The notes under the pieces: generated by a model | Database searches by the model: none | Told to the model about the DNA's origin: nothing | What the model saw: the letters and a program-made list of their open reading frames with translations, nothing else | Origin: an uncultured Chromatiaceae bacterium | GTDB lineage: Bacteria > Pseudomonadota > Gammaproteobacteria > DRLM01 | Assembly: GCA_945787555.1 (NCBI GenBank) | Contig: CALZJG010000005.1 | Coordinates: 8,771 to 72,770, forward strand | Direction: 5' to 3' | DNA length: 64,000 nt | Shown here: positions 19,163 to 29,533 of the stretch, in pieces | How positions within the stretch are numbered: position 1 is the first letter of the stretch | How the letters are laid out: each line of letters opens with the position of its first letter | Program-made: the position numbers and the translations under genes

Positions 19163-20158
19163 ATGTCACTACGATTTGAAATCCTCAAGATCCTCGGCGA
19201 CGGCCGCTTCCATTCCGGTGCCACGCTGGGCGCGCGCCTGGGCGCCAGTCGTACCGCCGTGTGGAAGCACTTGCACGCCTTGAGCGCCTGGGGCCTGGAC
19301 GTGTACGCCGTACCGGGCAAGGGCTATCGGCTGGCCCAGCCCCTGGAATTGCTGACGCGCGAGGGCGTGCTACCCGCCGTCGCGCCCGCCGCCCACGCAC
19401 TCCTGGCGGACTTGGAAGTGCATCCCCACATCGATTCCACCAACAGCCATCTCATGCGCCGCGCCGCCGCCGGGCTGGCCTCCGGGCACGCCTGCCTGGC
19501 CGAATATCAAAGCGCCGGTCGCGGACGCCGCGGCCGGCACTGGATCTCGCCCTTCGGCAGCAATATCTACCTGTCAGTATTGTGGCGTTTTTCCACCCCC
19601 CCGGCCCAGCTCAGCGGCGTCGGCCTGGCCATGGGCGTGGCGGTGGCGCGCGCACTGCGCACCTTGGGCGTGACCGACGCCAGTTTGAAATGGCCCAACG
19701 ACATTCTCTGGCAGGGTCGCAAGTTGGCGGGCACCTTGCTGGAAATGAGCGCCGAATCCAACGGCCCCTGCGCCGTGGTGGTGGGCGTGGGGCTCAACAC
19801 CGCCATGAGCGCGGCGGCCGCCGGTGCCATCGACCAAGCCTGGGCTGATCTCGAACAAGCCCTCGGCGAGCCGGTGCCGCGTCATCGCATCGCCGGGCTG
19901 CTATTGAGCGAACTGCTGCTGGCCTTGCAAAGCTACGAACGCGCGGGTCTGAACGCCTTTCTCCCCGAGTGGCGCGCGTTGGACGATATGACCAATCGCG
20001 CCGTGCGCCTGCAACTCCCGCATGCAACGATCGAAGGCGTCGCACGCGGCATCGATGATCAAGGCGCCCTGCTACTCGAATGCAACGGCGCTACCCGACG
20101 CTATGCGGCGGGCGAAGTCAGTTTGCGGCCGCTCGCTATGCCACCCACCTCGCACTGA
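19163..20158 (+). CDS. birA: bifunctional biotin ligase/repressor BirA
   Basis: N-terminal HTH (HSGATLG..SRTAVWK), DSTN, GRGRRGRHW, KWPND and KLAGTL motifs. Confidence 0.96.
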   Translation: MSLRFEILKILGDGRFHSGATLGARLGASRTAVWKHLHALSAWGLDVYAVPGKGYRLAQPLELLTREGVLPAVAPAAHALLADLEVHPHIDSTNSHLMRRAAAGLASGHACLAEYQSAGRGRRGRHWISPFGSNIYLSVLWRFSTPPAQLSGVGLAMGVAVARALRTLGVTDASLKWPNDILWQGRKLAGTLLEMSAESNGPCAVVVGVGLNTAMSAAAAGAIDQAWADLEQALGEPVPRHRIAGLLLSELLLALQSYERAGLNAFLPEWRALDDMTNRAVRLQLPHATIEGVARGIDDQGALLLECNGATRRYAAGEVSLRPLAMPPTSH

Positions 20159-20345
20159 CTACGAAGATGTCCGTGTATTATTACCAGAGCGCGATTGTCA
20201 CCTCGCATACCTTAACCCACTCGACACTGCCCCGCTCCCGCAATGAGCGCAGGCCGCGATTTCGCGCCGCCTTGCCTTAACATTGCCCCCCTATCTCCGC
20301 TGACGAGGGAGAGCGGGGAGACGGTGCCGACAACTAATTCTGAAC

Positions 20346-21176
20346 ATGGCTAAAAAACGCACTACTAAAGCAAAAACCGCAAACAAGGCTGACGCCGGCA
20401 TAATACTGCTAGTGGACGTCGGCAACAGCCGCGTCAAATGGGCGCACGCCGCTAACGGCACGCCCAAGGACCACGCCAGCGCACCCCGCCCACGCGCCGC
20501 CGACGTCGAAATATGGGCCGACGAGCATTGGGGCGCCTATCCGCCGCCGCGCACCGTGGTCATCGCCAATGTCGCCGACGCCGACTTTGCGCGCGAACTG
20601 GAAACTTGGTGCGCGGAAAGCTGGCAAGTCACGCCACGCTTCCTGAGCGCCGCCGAACAAGCCCACGGCGTCCGTAATGCTTACGCCGAACCGCAACGTC
20701 TCGGCGCCGACCGCTGGGCCGCGCTGATCGGCGCCCGCGCGCAGTACCCGGGCGCCGTGTGCATCATCGACTGCGGCACCGCCATCACCCTCGACGTGCT
20801 CGCCGCCGATGGCCAGCATCAGGGCGGCCTCATCATTCCCGGCCTCGGCCTCATGCGCCGCGCCCTGCTGGAACAAACCGCCGGGATCCACCAAGCAGAC
20901 CGCCCTCCCGCCACAGGCGACATTTCGCTGCTGGCGCGCGACACCCTTAGCGCCGTGCAAGGCGGCACCCTCTACACTGTGGTGGCCGTTATCGATCGCG
21001 TACTCGCCGATCTGCGTGCCGAGCTAGGGGATAATCTGACTTGTCTCATCACCGGCGGCGATGCGCCCAGCCTGCTCCCGCTCCTGAGCGGGGTGTGTCA
21101 TCATATCCCCGACCTAGTGCTGCAAGGCGTCGCCTTGCTAGGGAGCGCTGAACGTGAGGTCGCGGAGGATACATGA
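20346..21176 (+). CDS. coaX: type III pantothenate kinase
   Basis: DVGNSRVK, LGADRW, IDCGTAIT, GGLIIPG, TGGDA and LVLQG motifs; follows birA. Confidence 0.95.
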   Translation: MAKKRTTKAKTANKADAGIILLVDVGNSRVKWAHAANGTPKDHASAPRPRAADVEIWADEHWGAYPPPRTVVIANVADADFARELETWCAESWQVTPRFLSAAEQAHGVRNAYAEPQRLGADRWAALIGARAQYPGAVCIIDCGTAITLDVLAADGQHQGGLIIPGLGLMRRALLEQTAGIHQADRPPATGDISLLARDTLSAVQGGTLYTVVAVIDRVLADLRAELGDNLTCLITGGDAPSLLPLLSGVCHHIPDLVLQGVALLGSAEREVAEDT

Positions 21177-21394
21177 GCCGGCTTTTTCTACTGCTGATCT
21201 TGATCAATGCCAGCTATTACGGCTGGGAAGTGCAAAAACACGCCAGCCACCCCGGCACTATCGCCGGTCCCATCCCGACCATGGGCAACCCGGAAATTCT
21301 GGTGCTGCTCAGCGAAACCTCGGCCAATACCGCCAATAGGCCCCTCACCGAACGCACCGTCCCGCTCAACGAAGTCACCGCACCTCGCCCGTGA
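21173..21394 (+). CDS. short membrane-anchored protein resembling the N-terminus of the SPOR protein usually found after coaX
   Basis: ATGA overlap with coaX; RLFLLLILINASYYGW anchor and LVLLSE motif; only 73 aa, no SPOR domain. Confidence 0.6.
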   Translation: MSRLFLLLILINASYYGWEVQKHASHPGTIAGPIPTMGNPEILVLLSETSANTANRPLTERTVPLNEVTAPRP

Positions 21395-21479
21395 ATGTTC
21401 AATTGCCATTCGCGGCCTCATTTCCTAGAATGCACCAGCCATAACGGCCGGCATCGCGGTCGGCATTCCGCCTCCCTAC

Positions 21480-21555
21480 GCTGGCGTAGCTCAGTCGGTA
21501 GAGCAACTGATTTGTAATCAGTAGGTCACGGGTTCGACTCCTGTCGCCAGCACCA
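21480..21555 (+). tRNA. tRNA-Thr(TGT)
   Basis: GCTGGCGTAGCTCAGTCGGTAGAGCAACTGATTTGTAATCAG..GGTTCGACTCC..GCCAGCACCA; 76 nt with encoded CCA. Confidence 0.98.
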
Positions 21556-21736
21556 ATCCCTTTACACCCCTCAACGCACCAGCACGTCAATTGGCAAGCC
21601 CTGTCATGACACCGCCCTACTGCAAAGCCACGAACACGAGCCAGACTTAAGACATTGGCGAAAATTCCACCAGATCAGGATGTCGCCAAGATCCAGAGGG
21701 CCGACTCGCTGAATCTCCCGCCTGACGCAATGAGGA

Positions 21737-21755
21737 TTGTCACAAAATGTGACAA
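21737..21755. promoter_or_regulatory. perfect palindromic operator-like site
   Basis: TTGTCACA-AAA-TGTGACAA about 70 nt upstream of the GGDEF-EAL gene; regulator unknown. Confidence 0.5.
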
Positions 21756-21824
21756 ATCGTTATCTGACCAGCAAGACTATGAGTGCTCGGTATATGCTCA
21801 CTCCATTCAGGCCAGGGAACGCCT

Positions 21825-24800
21825 ATGAAGCAGCTATTTTCAGGCTTTCGTGAACGACTACTGTTGCTGGTGATGCTGGCGGTCATCCCGGCATTGGCTT
21901 TGGTCGTTTACACCGGACTGGAACAACGCCAGATCAATACCGCGGAAGCGCAGCAAACCGCTCTGCGTATCGCTCAAGAGGTTTCACACAATCAAAACCA
22001 TCTGTTTGCCAACGCCCAGCAACTACTCAGCGTGCTCGCGCAGCTGCCCGAGCTGAAAAATTACGACTCAAAGGCCTGCAATCAACATTTCAGCGACATA
22101 TTGAATCAGCTGCGCGACGCTTACATACAAATCACCGCATTCAAAGCGAACGGCGATCTTTTTTGCTCGGCGCCTTTCACAGCGACAGCATTCAATATCT
22201 CTGATCGAAAACACTATTTGCAGGCCATGACGACCCGTGAAGTGGCCATGGGGAATTATGTCGTCAGCCGCTTGCTGGAGACGCCCTCGGTGTTTCTAGC
22301 CCAGCCCGTGCTGGACCAGGACGGTGCCGTCACAGCGCTGGTCAACGTCGGCATGAATCTGGATTGGCTGGCGCAGATGATCGAAGCCGAAAACTTGCCG
22401 CAGGGTTATGTCTTGACGGTGTTCAATTCCGCGGGGATCACCCTGGCCCGCCACCCCGAGCCGGCCAAATGGCTGGGCCATTCCCTACCCGAGCAGGCAA
22501 TACTAACGACTTTGCGACAGACTCCCCGCGCAGGCACGGCACGGCTGGACGGCCCTGACGGCGTCACCCGACTCTACGGATATGTGCCTCTCAGCGTGCA
22601 AGACACCGATGCTTTTGTCGCGGTGGGCGTTCCCGTGTCGATTGCCCAGGCGCCGGCCAACCAGGCTTTGTTTAGAAACCTGTTGCTGCTGTGCGCAGTG
22701 ACGCTGCTGGCCATCATGGCGGCTTGGTTCGGTAGCAAATATTTCGTACTGCGTCAGCTTGATAAGTTGATGGGCGCCACCCACCGCCTTAGCGGTGGCG
22801 ACCTGAACGCCCGCGCCGCGTTGTCAGGGGGCGTCGAAGAGCTGAGAGCGCTCGGCCTGTCATTCGACGCCATGGCGGCCACCCTGCAAGAAAAGGAACG
22901 CGAACGAACCGATGCCGCACGCTCTTTGCAGGCCAGTGAGCAACAACTCCAAAACGTCCTGGCCGTCACGGGCGAAGGTATTTGGGATTGGGATCAAGTT
23001 AGCGACGTGGTCCACCACAATGGGCGCTGGTGTGAATTGCTCGGTTACGGCAGAGAGATGATGGAACATCCCGTGTCGGCATTCATCGATCGCTTACATG
23101 AAGACGACCGCGAAGTGGTCATGGCGCGGATAAGGGCCTGCCTGGAAGGCAATGGCCATTATCAAAGCGAACACCGCATGCGCCAAGCGAACGGGCAGGT
23201 GATATCGGTATATGATCGCGGCGACGTCATCGAGCGCAATGCCAAAGGTGAGCCGATGCGCATGATCGGCGCCTTCGCTGACATCACAGAGCGAAAAATG
23301 GCAGAAGAAAAATCACTCCAGGCCGCCACTGCACTGGATGTGGCCCATGACGGCATTTACATGTTTTGGCCGGATAGTCTGCGTTTCTTCTATGTCAACA
23401 AAGGCGCGATGCAACAAACCGGATACAGCGCAGACGAATTACTATCGATGACGCCGCTGGACATCAAGCCAGAGATCAACGAAGCGGATTTTCGCGCTAT
23501 GTTGGCGCCCCTGCTCAAGCACGAGCAGGATATTCATGCCTATGAGACTATCCATCGCCGCAAAGACGGGCAAGACATCCCGGTTGAAATCGTCATGCAA
23601 TGCGCCAGTCTAGACGCCGGACAACAGTCCTTGGTCACCGTCGTACGCGACATCAGTGAAAAGAAGCAAAAAGACAACATCATCTGGCAGCAAGCGAATT
23701 ATGACACCCTGACCGGTCTTCCCAACCGCCGCCTGCTCAATGACCGACTGGATCAAGAGATAAAAAAGGCGCACCGTAGCGAATTACCATTTGCCGTGTT
23801 GTTTATCGATCTGGACCGCTTCAAGGAAATCAACGATACGCTGGGACATGCCAAAGGGGATTTGTTGTTGAGAGAAGCGGCACACCGTCTCAGCATGTGC
23901 GTGCGCGAAAGCGATACCCTCGCCCGCCTGGGTGGGGATGAATTCACGGCCATCCTGACCAATGTTAGTGGCCGGGCGCAGATCGAGCGCATCGCGCAAC
24001 ATATCATCGAAGAATTGAGCAAGCCTTACTATTTTGAGAATGATAACAACGGCTATTACATATCAGCCAGTATCGGCATCACGCTTTATCCAGATGATGC
24101 GCAGGACATCGGAAGCCTACTCAAACACGCCGATCAGGCGATGTATCAGGCGAAAACGGAGGGTCGCAAGCGTTACAGCTATTTCACCAAATCGATGCAG
24201 CAGGAGGCGCGGGGGAAAATCGCCCTGACGCACGATCTCAGGCAGGCCTTGGCGCAGCAGCAATTGCATGTCTATTACCAACCTATCGTTGAGCTCACCC
24301 GCGGGCGCATCGTCAAGGCGGAAGCCTTGCTGCGCTGGAAACATCCTGACCGCGGCATGGTCAGCCCCTCCGATTTCATACCGTTGGCCGAAGAAACCGG
24401 TCTAATTCACGACATCGGTGCGTGGGTGATAGAGCAGGTGATCGCCAAAATCGTCAGTTGGCGCGATCAGTTCGGGCGCATTATCCCGATCAGCGTCAAT
24501 AAATCACCGGTACAGTTCGAGTACACGTCCAAAAAAGTCACGTGGCCGGAAGAACTGGCAAGCTTAGGATTACCCGGACGCTGTATCACCGTGGAAATCA
24601 CCGAGGGCTTATTGCTCAAGGATTCACCCAAGACGAAACAGCGATTGGTGGAGTTCCGAAATAACGGGATTGAAGTCTCGATAGACGACTTCGGCACGGG
24701 TTTCTCAGCGCTGTCTTACCTCAAGCAGTTTGACATCGACTATCTGAAAATAGACCGCGCCTTTACCAGCAAACTGACCGAGGATGAAAGCGACAAGGTC

Positions 24801-24992
24801 CTGACCGAGGCGATCATCGTCATGGCCCACAAACTGGGCATCCAGACCATCGCCGAAGGCGTGGAGACCACCGCACAACGCGACATACTGGCCTCATTTG
24901 GCTGTGATTACGCACAAGGTTTCTTGTACTCGCCGGCTGTGCCGGCGGAAGCATTCGAGAGACTACTACTCAACTACCAGGACATCGCGTAA
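21825..24992 (+). CDS. membrane sensor diguanylate cyclase/phosphodiesterase (Cache-like, HAMP, PAS, PAS, GGDEF, EAL)
   Basis: Two TM helices around a periplasmic domain, HAMP, two PAS (GIWDWD, DITERK), RESD I-site plus GGDEF, EALLRW, DDFGTG and AEGVET. Confidence 0.95.
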   Translation: MKQLFSGFRERLLLLVMLAVIPALALVVYTGLEQRQINTAEAQQTALRIAQEVSHNQNHLFANAQQLLSVLAQLPELKNYDSKACNQHFSDILNQLRDAYIQITAFKANGDLFCSAPFTATAFNISDRKHYLQAMTTREVAMGNYVVSRLLETPSVFLAQPVLDQDGAVTALVNVGMNLDWLAQMIEAENLPQGYVLTVFNSAGITLARHPEPAKWLGHSLPEQAILTTLRQTPRAGTARLDGPDGVTRLYGYVPLSVQDTDAFVAVGVPVSIAQAPANQALFRNLLLLCAVTLLAIMAAWFGSKYFVLRQLDKLMGATHRLSGGDLNARAALSGGVEELRALGLSFDAMAATLQEKERERTDAARSLQASEQQLQNVLAVTGEGIWDWDQVSDVVHHNGRWCELLGYGREMMEHPVSAFIDRLHEDDREVVMARIRACLEGNGHYQSEHRMRQANGQVISVYDRGDVIERNAKGEPMRMIGAFADITERKMAEEKSLQAATALDVAHDGIYMFWPDSLRFFYVNKGAMQQTGYSADELLSMTPLDIKPEINEADFRAMLAPLLKHEQDIHAYETIHRRKDGQDIPVEIVMQCASLDAGQQSLVTVVRDISEKKQKDNIIWQQANYDTLTGLPNRRLLNDRLDQEIKKAHRSELPFAVLFIDLDRFKEINDTLGHAKGDLLLREAAHRLSMCVRESDTLARLGGDEFTAILTNVSGRAQIERIAQHIIEELSKPYYFENDNNGYYISASIGITLYPDDAQDIGSLLKHADQAMYQAKTEGRKRYSYFTKSMQQEARGKIALTHDLRQALAQQQLHVYYQPIVELTRGRIVKAEALLRWKHPDRGMVSPSDFIPLAEETGLIHDIGAWVIEQVIAKIVSWRDQFGRIIPISVNKSPVQFEYTSKKVTWPEELASLGLPGRCITVEITEGLLLKDSPKTKQRLVEFRNNGIEVSIDDFGTGFSALSYLKQFDIDYLKIDRAFTSKLTEDESDKVLTEAIIVMAHKLGIQTIAEGVETTAQRDILASFGCDYAQGFLYSPAVPAEAFERLLLNYQDIA

Positions 24993-25111
24993 ACAACTGC
25001 AACGCAACTCCACCCTGTCCGAGCCTGGCGTGCGCAAGGAATTTGACCCCGCACCCGATTACATGGCATATCTAGTTACTGCCGACTACCAACGACGAAT
25101 AACGAACCAAC

Positions 25112-25846
25112 ATGAACCACCGCTACCTGCGCGGACTACTCCTCGCGACATTAATTACCCTGCCAAGTCACGGCGGCGCCGGGCATGCGCACCCGGTCGC
25201 GCCGGTAGACCCGGCCGTGGTAGCGCCCATGATCCCGCTGATCGTCGCCGCCTCCATCGGTGATGTACCCACCATGCAGAAGCTACTGGATGAGGGCACG
25301 TCATTGGAGGCGCGCGACATCGTCGGCACTACGCCGATCGTGTTCGCGGCGCGCTATGGGCGCTTGGAGCTGGTGGAATATCTGATAGCCCGCGGCGCGG
25401 AGGTGAATGCGCAAACCCACAGCGGCGCAACGGCGCTCACCGAGGCGGTGCGGCGCGGCAGCTTGGCAGTAGTGGATGCCTTGCTCAACGGCGGCGCCGC
25501 AGTCGCACATCTCGACATGCATCGTCGCAGCGCCTTACTGATCGCGGTGCGTTACCAGGATGAGGCCATCGTGCGGCGCTTGATCATCGCCGGCGCGGAT
25601 ATCAATATCGAGGATGAAAACGGTTACACACCACTGATGCATGCGGCGGAATTGGGATTGACCGCCATCGTCACCAGCCTGATGGAGTCACAGCAAGCAC
25701 GCACCATTGCGCATATCGACAGCGCTCTGTGCTCCGCCGAGCAGCATGGTTACCGCGCTATCGCCGCACTCCTCAAGGCGCACGGTGCGGCCACATTGGG
25801 AGGGGCTTGCAAGCTGGCATTCAGCGGCGCGCACGCCGCAATGTAA
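25112..25846 (+). CDS. ankyrin repeat protein, probably exported
   Basis: Repeats GTTPIVFAA, GATALTEAV, RRSALLIAV and GYTPLMHAA; N-terminal hydrophobic segment. Confidence 0.9.
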   Translation: MNHRYLRGLLLATLITLPSHGGAGHAHPVAPVDPAVVAPMIPLIVAASIGDVPTMQKLLDEGTSLEARDIVGTTPIVFAARYGRLELVEYLIARGAEVNAQTHSGATALTEAVRRGSLAVVDALLNGGAAVAHLDMHRRSALLIAVRYQDEAIVRRLIIAGADINIEDENGYTPLMHAAELGLTAIVTSLMESQQARTIAHIDSALCSAEQHGYRAIAALLKAHGAATLGGACKLAFSGAHAAM

Positions 25847-25853
25847 GCCGCAC

Positions 25854-25888
25854 AAAAAAACGTCGCGCCGATAGTCACCGGCGCGACG
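25854..25888 (-). terminator. Rho-independent terminator of the peroxiredoxin gene (between convergent genes)
   Basis: CGTCGCGCCG-atagtcac-CGGCGCGACG preceded by an A run on + (U run on -). Confidence 0.85.
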
Positions 25889-25910
25889 TCATCATGGATC
25901 GATTCTACGA

Positions 25911-26510
25911 TTACAGTTCTTTGGCATGCGAGGCGAGATAGTCGGCCACGCCCGCGGCGTCGGCCTTCATCCCAGCCTGGCCCTTGTGCCAGCCGGCGGG
26001 GCAGACTTCACCGTGCTCTTCGGTGAATTGCAGTGCATCGACCAGACGCAGCATCTCGTCCACTTCGCGACCCAACGGCAAGTTGTTCACCACCTGGTGT
26101 TGCACCACGCCGTTACGATCGATGAGGAAAGAACCACGCAGCGCGACACCGTCGGGATGCTCGATGCCGTAAGCACGGGTGATTTCATGCTTGAGGTCGG
26201 CGACGATGGGGAAGCTCACCGGGCCGATACCGCCCTTGTCCACCGGCGTGTTGCGCCACGCGGCATGAGTGAACTGTGAATCGATGGACACGCCCACCAG
26301 CTCCACGCCACGCTCGCGGAACATCACCGCGCGATTGTTGTGGGCGATGATTTCCGTCGGGCAGACGAAAGTGAAATCCAACGGCCAAAAGAACAACACC
26401 ACGTATTTGCCGCGCAGGTCGGAGAGCTTGAACTTCTCATTGATGCTGCCATCGGCCAGCACGGCCGGGGCGACGAAATCAGGTGCTTGTTTGGTGACGA
26501 GTACTGACAT
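25911..26510 (-). CDS. ahpC: 2-Cys peroxiredoxin (AhpC/TsaA)
   Basis: PLDFTFVCPTE and GEVCPAGW motifs. Confidence 0.95.
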   Translation of the reverse strand: MSVLVTKQAPDFVAPAVLADGSINEKFKLSDLRGKYVVLFFWPLDFTFVCPTEIIAHNNRAVMFRERGVELVGVSIDSQFTHAAWRNTPVDKGGIGPVSFPIVADLKHEITRAYGIEHPDGVALRGSFLIDRNGVVQHQVVNNLPLGREVDEMLRLVDALQFTEEHGEVCPAGWHKGQAGMKADAAGVADYLASHAKEL

Positions 26511-26618
26511 GACTATTACCCCTACTATTTACGCAACAAAGACTTGATGATTTGCCGAGGCGCGATAAGCTACGCAGTTTTAACAGTGGATGCAAGCGCG
26601 CTCCGGCAGACGTTGATA

Positions 26619-28451
26619 CTACACCGCGCCCAACCAAGCGGCGCGGCGCGCACGGGCGGCGCCATCCACATTGTCCATGATGTGCAGCACGGCCGTGGTG
26701 GCCGGCGGCGACATGAGCGTGACTCGAAATTCCATCAATTCGTCACGCCGAAATGCATGCACATGCACCTCATCGCCGGGTAGATAAGTGCCGAGCAAGG
26801 CCTCGAAGTTGGCGCGGCTCACCCGCAACCCGTCTATGGCCATCACTACATCACCCGCCGCCAAGCCGGCCGCTAGCGCCGCACCGCCATCGTAGACATG
26901 GCTCAAGCGGGCATCAGAGCCGTTCTCGGCGAGACGCGCTCCCAGCACGGCGCGCCGTGCCAGCTGCGGCGGCGCTTCCTTGGCCGCCCGCCCGCCCATG
27001 TCGCCCGGCGACTCGGCGGGACGCAGCTCGAAACGCACCCCGAAGTGCTCGAGCAACTCCGCCAAGGGCAGGTCTTGGGTATCGCGCAAGGCCAGATCGA
27101 AGAAAGCACCCAAATCCAGCCCGGACACTTCCTCAGCTACCTGCTCGATGCCGCGCTCCGGCACACCCACACCGGTTTCGCCGTAACGCTTCCACAACAC
27201 ATGCAACACATCATCAAGCGAGCGGGCATTGCGCGTGTCGCGACGGAGGATCAAATCCAACGCCAGCGCCACCAATGCGCCCTTAGTGTAGTAACTCACG
27301 ATCGCATTGGGTGCATTCTCGTCCTGCTTGTATAGCTTGATCCATGCATCGAAGCTGGATTCTTCCACTGTTTGCTTGTGGCGGCCGCCGGCACGCCAGA
27401 CGCGCGTGGCAGTTTGCCCCAACAATTCGAGAAACATTTCGGAGCTAATGAGTCCGCTGCGCAACAGTGCCAGATATTGGTAATAGACGGTGATCCCTTC
27501 GTAGGCCCACAAACTGCTGGTGTAATTCTCCGCACTCAAGTCCAAATGTTCGGAGTGCAGCGCCTGCGGACGTATGCGTTTGATATTCCAGGTGTGGAAG
27601 TACTCATGACTGCATAAGCCGAGCAGGGTCCGGTATTTATCCGACATCTCGATTTGCTGTGCGCGTGGCAGATCATCGCGACTGCACAGCAAGCTGCACG
27701 AGGCGCGATGTTCCAGACCGCCATAGCCATCGCCCACCACCGTGATCAAGAACACATACCGTTCCAGGGGTGGTGCCTCGCCAAAGAAACGAATGTGGCA
27801 TTCGCAGATCGCTTGCAGGTCACGACATAGACGCACCAGGTCAGCGCGATGACGGCCGCTGATCACCACATCATGTGGCGTGCCGCAGGCGTAAAAGGTG
27901 GCGAGGGAAAAGGTGCCCATCTCGACGGGATGGTCGACCAACTCTTCGTAATCGGCCGCCCGATAAGTACCGAAGCCATAGGGGGCGGCATGGTCGCGCG
28001 GCATGGCGGTAGCGACCTGCCAGTGACGATAGGCGTCACCCGGCGGTGGTTGGATGTCCACGACATGGGGGCGTTGCGCACGGCCGTGCGTGCACAGAAA
28101 CACGCAACTACCATTGAAATAGCCATGGGTAGAGTCCAAGTGCGCAGCGCGCACCGACAAGTCCCAGGCATAGACTTCATAGGACACCGTCAAAGGACCC
28201 GGGCAGGGTTCGCACAGCCAAGTGCTTTTGTCGACTTTGTGCACTGCGACCGCATGCCCGCCGCACACCGCCCGCAGACGCACGACATGCTTGGCGAAGT
28301 CGCGAATCATGTAACTACCGGGGATCCACGCCGGCAGCGACAGGCGTTGCCCCGCCGGGTCGGGATCGGGCACCAGACACTCCACCTCGAAAATATGCGC
28401 GGCGGCCTGACTGGCCACGATGCGGAACCGAATGGGAGCTTGCTCAGTCAT
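26619..28451 (-). CDS. M61 glycyl aminopeptidase with PDZ domain
   Basis: PAWIPGSY, GGLEH, HEYFHTWN, YEGIT and SYYTKG motifs; C-terminal PDZ (AGLAAGD). Confidence 0.93.
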   Translation of the reverse strand: MTEQAPIRFRIVASQAAAHIFEVECLVPDPDPAGQRLSLPAWIPGSYMIRDFAKHVVRLRAVCGGHAVAVHKVDKSTWLCEPCPGPLTVSYEVYAWDLSVRAAHLDSTHGYFNGSCVFLCTHGRAQRPHVVDIQPPPGDAYRHWQVATAMPRDHAAPYGFGTYRAADYEELVDHPVEMGTFSLATFYACGTPHDVVISGRHRADLVRLCRDLQAICECHIRFFGEAPPLERYVFLITVVGDGYGGLEHRASCSLLCSRDDLPRAQQIEMSDKYRTLLGLCSHEYFHTWNIKRIRPQALHSEHLDLSAENYTSSLWAYEGITVYYQYLALLRSGLISSEMFLELLGQTATRVWRAGGRHKQTVEESSFDAWIKLYKQDENAPNAIVSYYTKGALVALALDLILRRDTRNARSLDDVLHVLWKRYGETGVGVPERGIEQVAEEVSGLDLGAFFDLALRDTQDLPLAELLEHFGVRFELRPAESPGDMGGRAAKEAPPQLARRAVLGARLAENGSDARLSHVYDGGAALAAGLAAGDVVMAIDGLRVSRANFEALLGTYLPGDEVHVHAFRRDELMEFRVTLMSPPATTAVLHIMDNVDGAARARRAAWLGAV

Positions 28452-28668
28452 AAATAATGAAGGCTCCGATATTGTTTCTCATTACAGTTTAGGCGCACTC
28501 TCTATTCGGCGCCGTCCGGCCCCACCTCCCGTCCCTCCCATCTGGGGCCCCACTAAAGGCATCACGGCACCCGCCGTTAACCTCAATAAGAGAGTGCAAA
28601 AGCCGCGGCCCTTGCGCCTGCTAAACCCCAGGCATGTTCCGCAGGCTCACGCCGAGGAGGATGCAGTC

Positions 28669-29028
28669 ATGAAGTCTCGATTCTATGCCATCTTACTGGC
28701 AATGTTGCTACCCACGAGCGGACAAGCCTTTACGATCGAGGGCGTGGGCGTGGAGCCTAACGCCCAATTTTGCTACGGACGCGCCATGGTCGGCTTCGAT
28801 TCAGTGATCAACTCGCGCCTGGGCGTCGCCCCGGAAGAAGTGCTGCACCTGGCCGCCAAGCAAGTGCTAACGGACGAACCGCCCTACTCGACCTACCTGC
28901 TGGGCGTGATATTCAACGCCTATTTGTGGGAGGGCGCCCCCCATGAGTATGCGGTCAACGTATTCTTCCACTGTGCCAAGGGCAGCGTGCCCGATACGCC
29001 GCTACTGACCGGCATCAGCCAGAATTGA
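28669..29028 (+). CDS. secreted hypothetical protein
   Basis: SD GAGGAG, signal peptide MKSRFYAILLAMLLPTSGQA, two Cys. Confidence 0.75.
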   Translation: MKSRFYAILLAMLLPTSGQAFTIEGVGVEPNAQFCYGRAMVGFDSVINSRLGVAPEEVLHLAAKQVLTDEPPYSTYLLGVIFNAYLWEGAPHEYAVNVFFHCAKGSVPDTPLLTGISQN

Positions 29029-29033
29029 CGCCC

Positions 29034-29465
29034 TCAATCCGTGGCGGGCGGGAGGAGTTCCTGCTCGCTGCGGCGATCTTGATAGCGCGTCACCTCGCCG
29101 GTCTTGACCATGTGCACCTCACCCTCGAACACGGCACCCTCGGAAATCGCGATGGAGGCGCTTTGCAACTTGCCCGATACCCGCGATCCGGCAGCGATTT
29201 CGAGTTTTTCCCGCGCGGTGACATTGCCTTCCACCTGACCGGCCACGAACACCACGTCAGCGACGATATTGCCCTTCCAACGTGCGGACGGTCCCAGCAT
29301 CAACGCGCCTTCCAGGTCGCAATCGCCCTCGACAGCCCCATACACGGCATAATTATCCTTGCCCTTAAGGGTGCCGATAAATGTGGAATCTACGCCGATT
29401 AAGGTGCCAAACTCCTTGATCTTGTCGATGCTTCGCCGTTCCTTCTTACTGAAAAATGATTCCAT
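29034..29465 (-). CDS. bactofilin (polymer-forming cytoskeletal protein)
   Basis: TLIG..FIGTL..GAVEGD..WKGNI..GQVEGNV..VSGKL..ISEGAVFEGEVHM beta-helix repeats. Confidence 0.9.
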   Translation of the reverse strand: MESFFSKKERRSIDKIKEFGTLIGVDSTFIGTLKGKDNYAVYGAVEGDCDLEGALMLGPSARWKGNIVADVVFVAGQVEGNVTAREKLEIAAGSRVSGKLQSASIAISEGAVFEGEVHMVKTGEVTRYQDRRSEQELLPPATD

Positions 29466-29533
29466 GCTTGTCTCTCCGCAGTGCGTGCTTGCCACAGGCC
29501 TAGCCATAGTAACGGCACCAAGCTCACCCGACT

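Noticed and set aside
21480-25846. tRNA-Thr(TGT)-anchored integrated element
   Set aside because: No integrase, and no duplicated tRNA 3' end was found by eye in the window.
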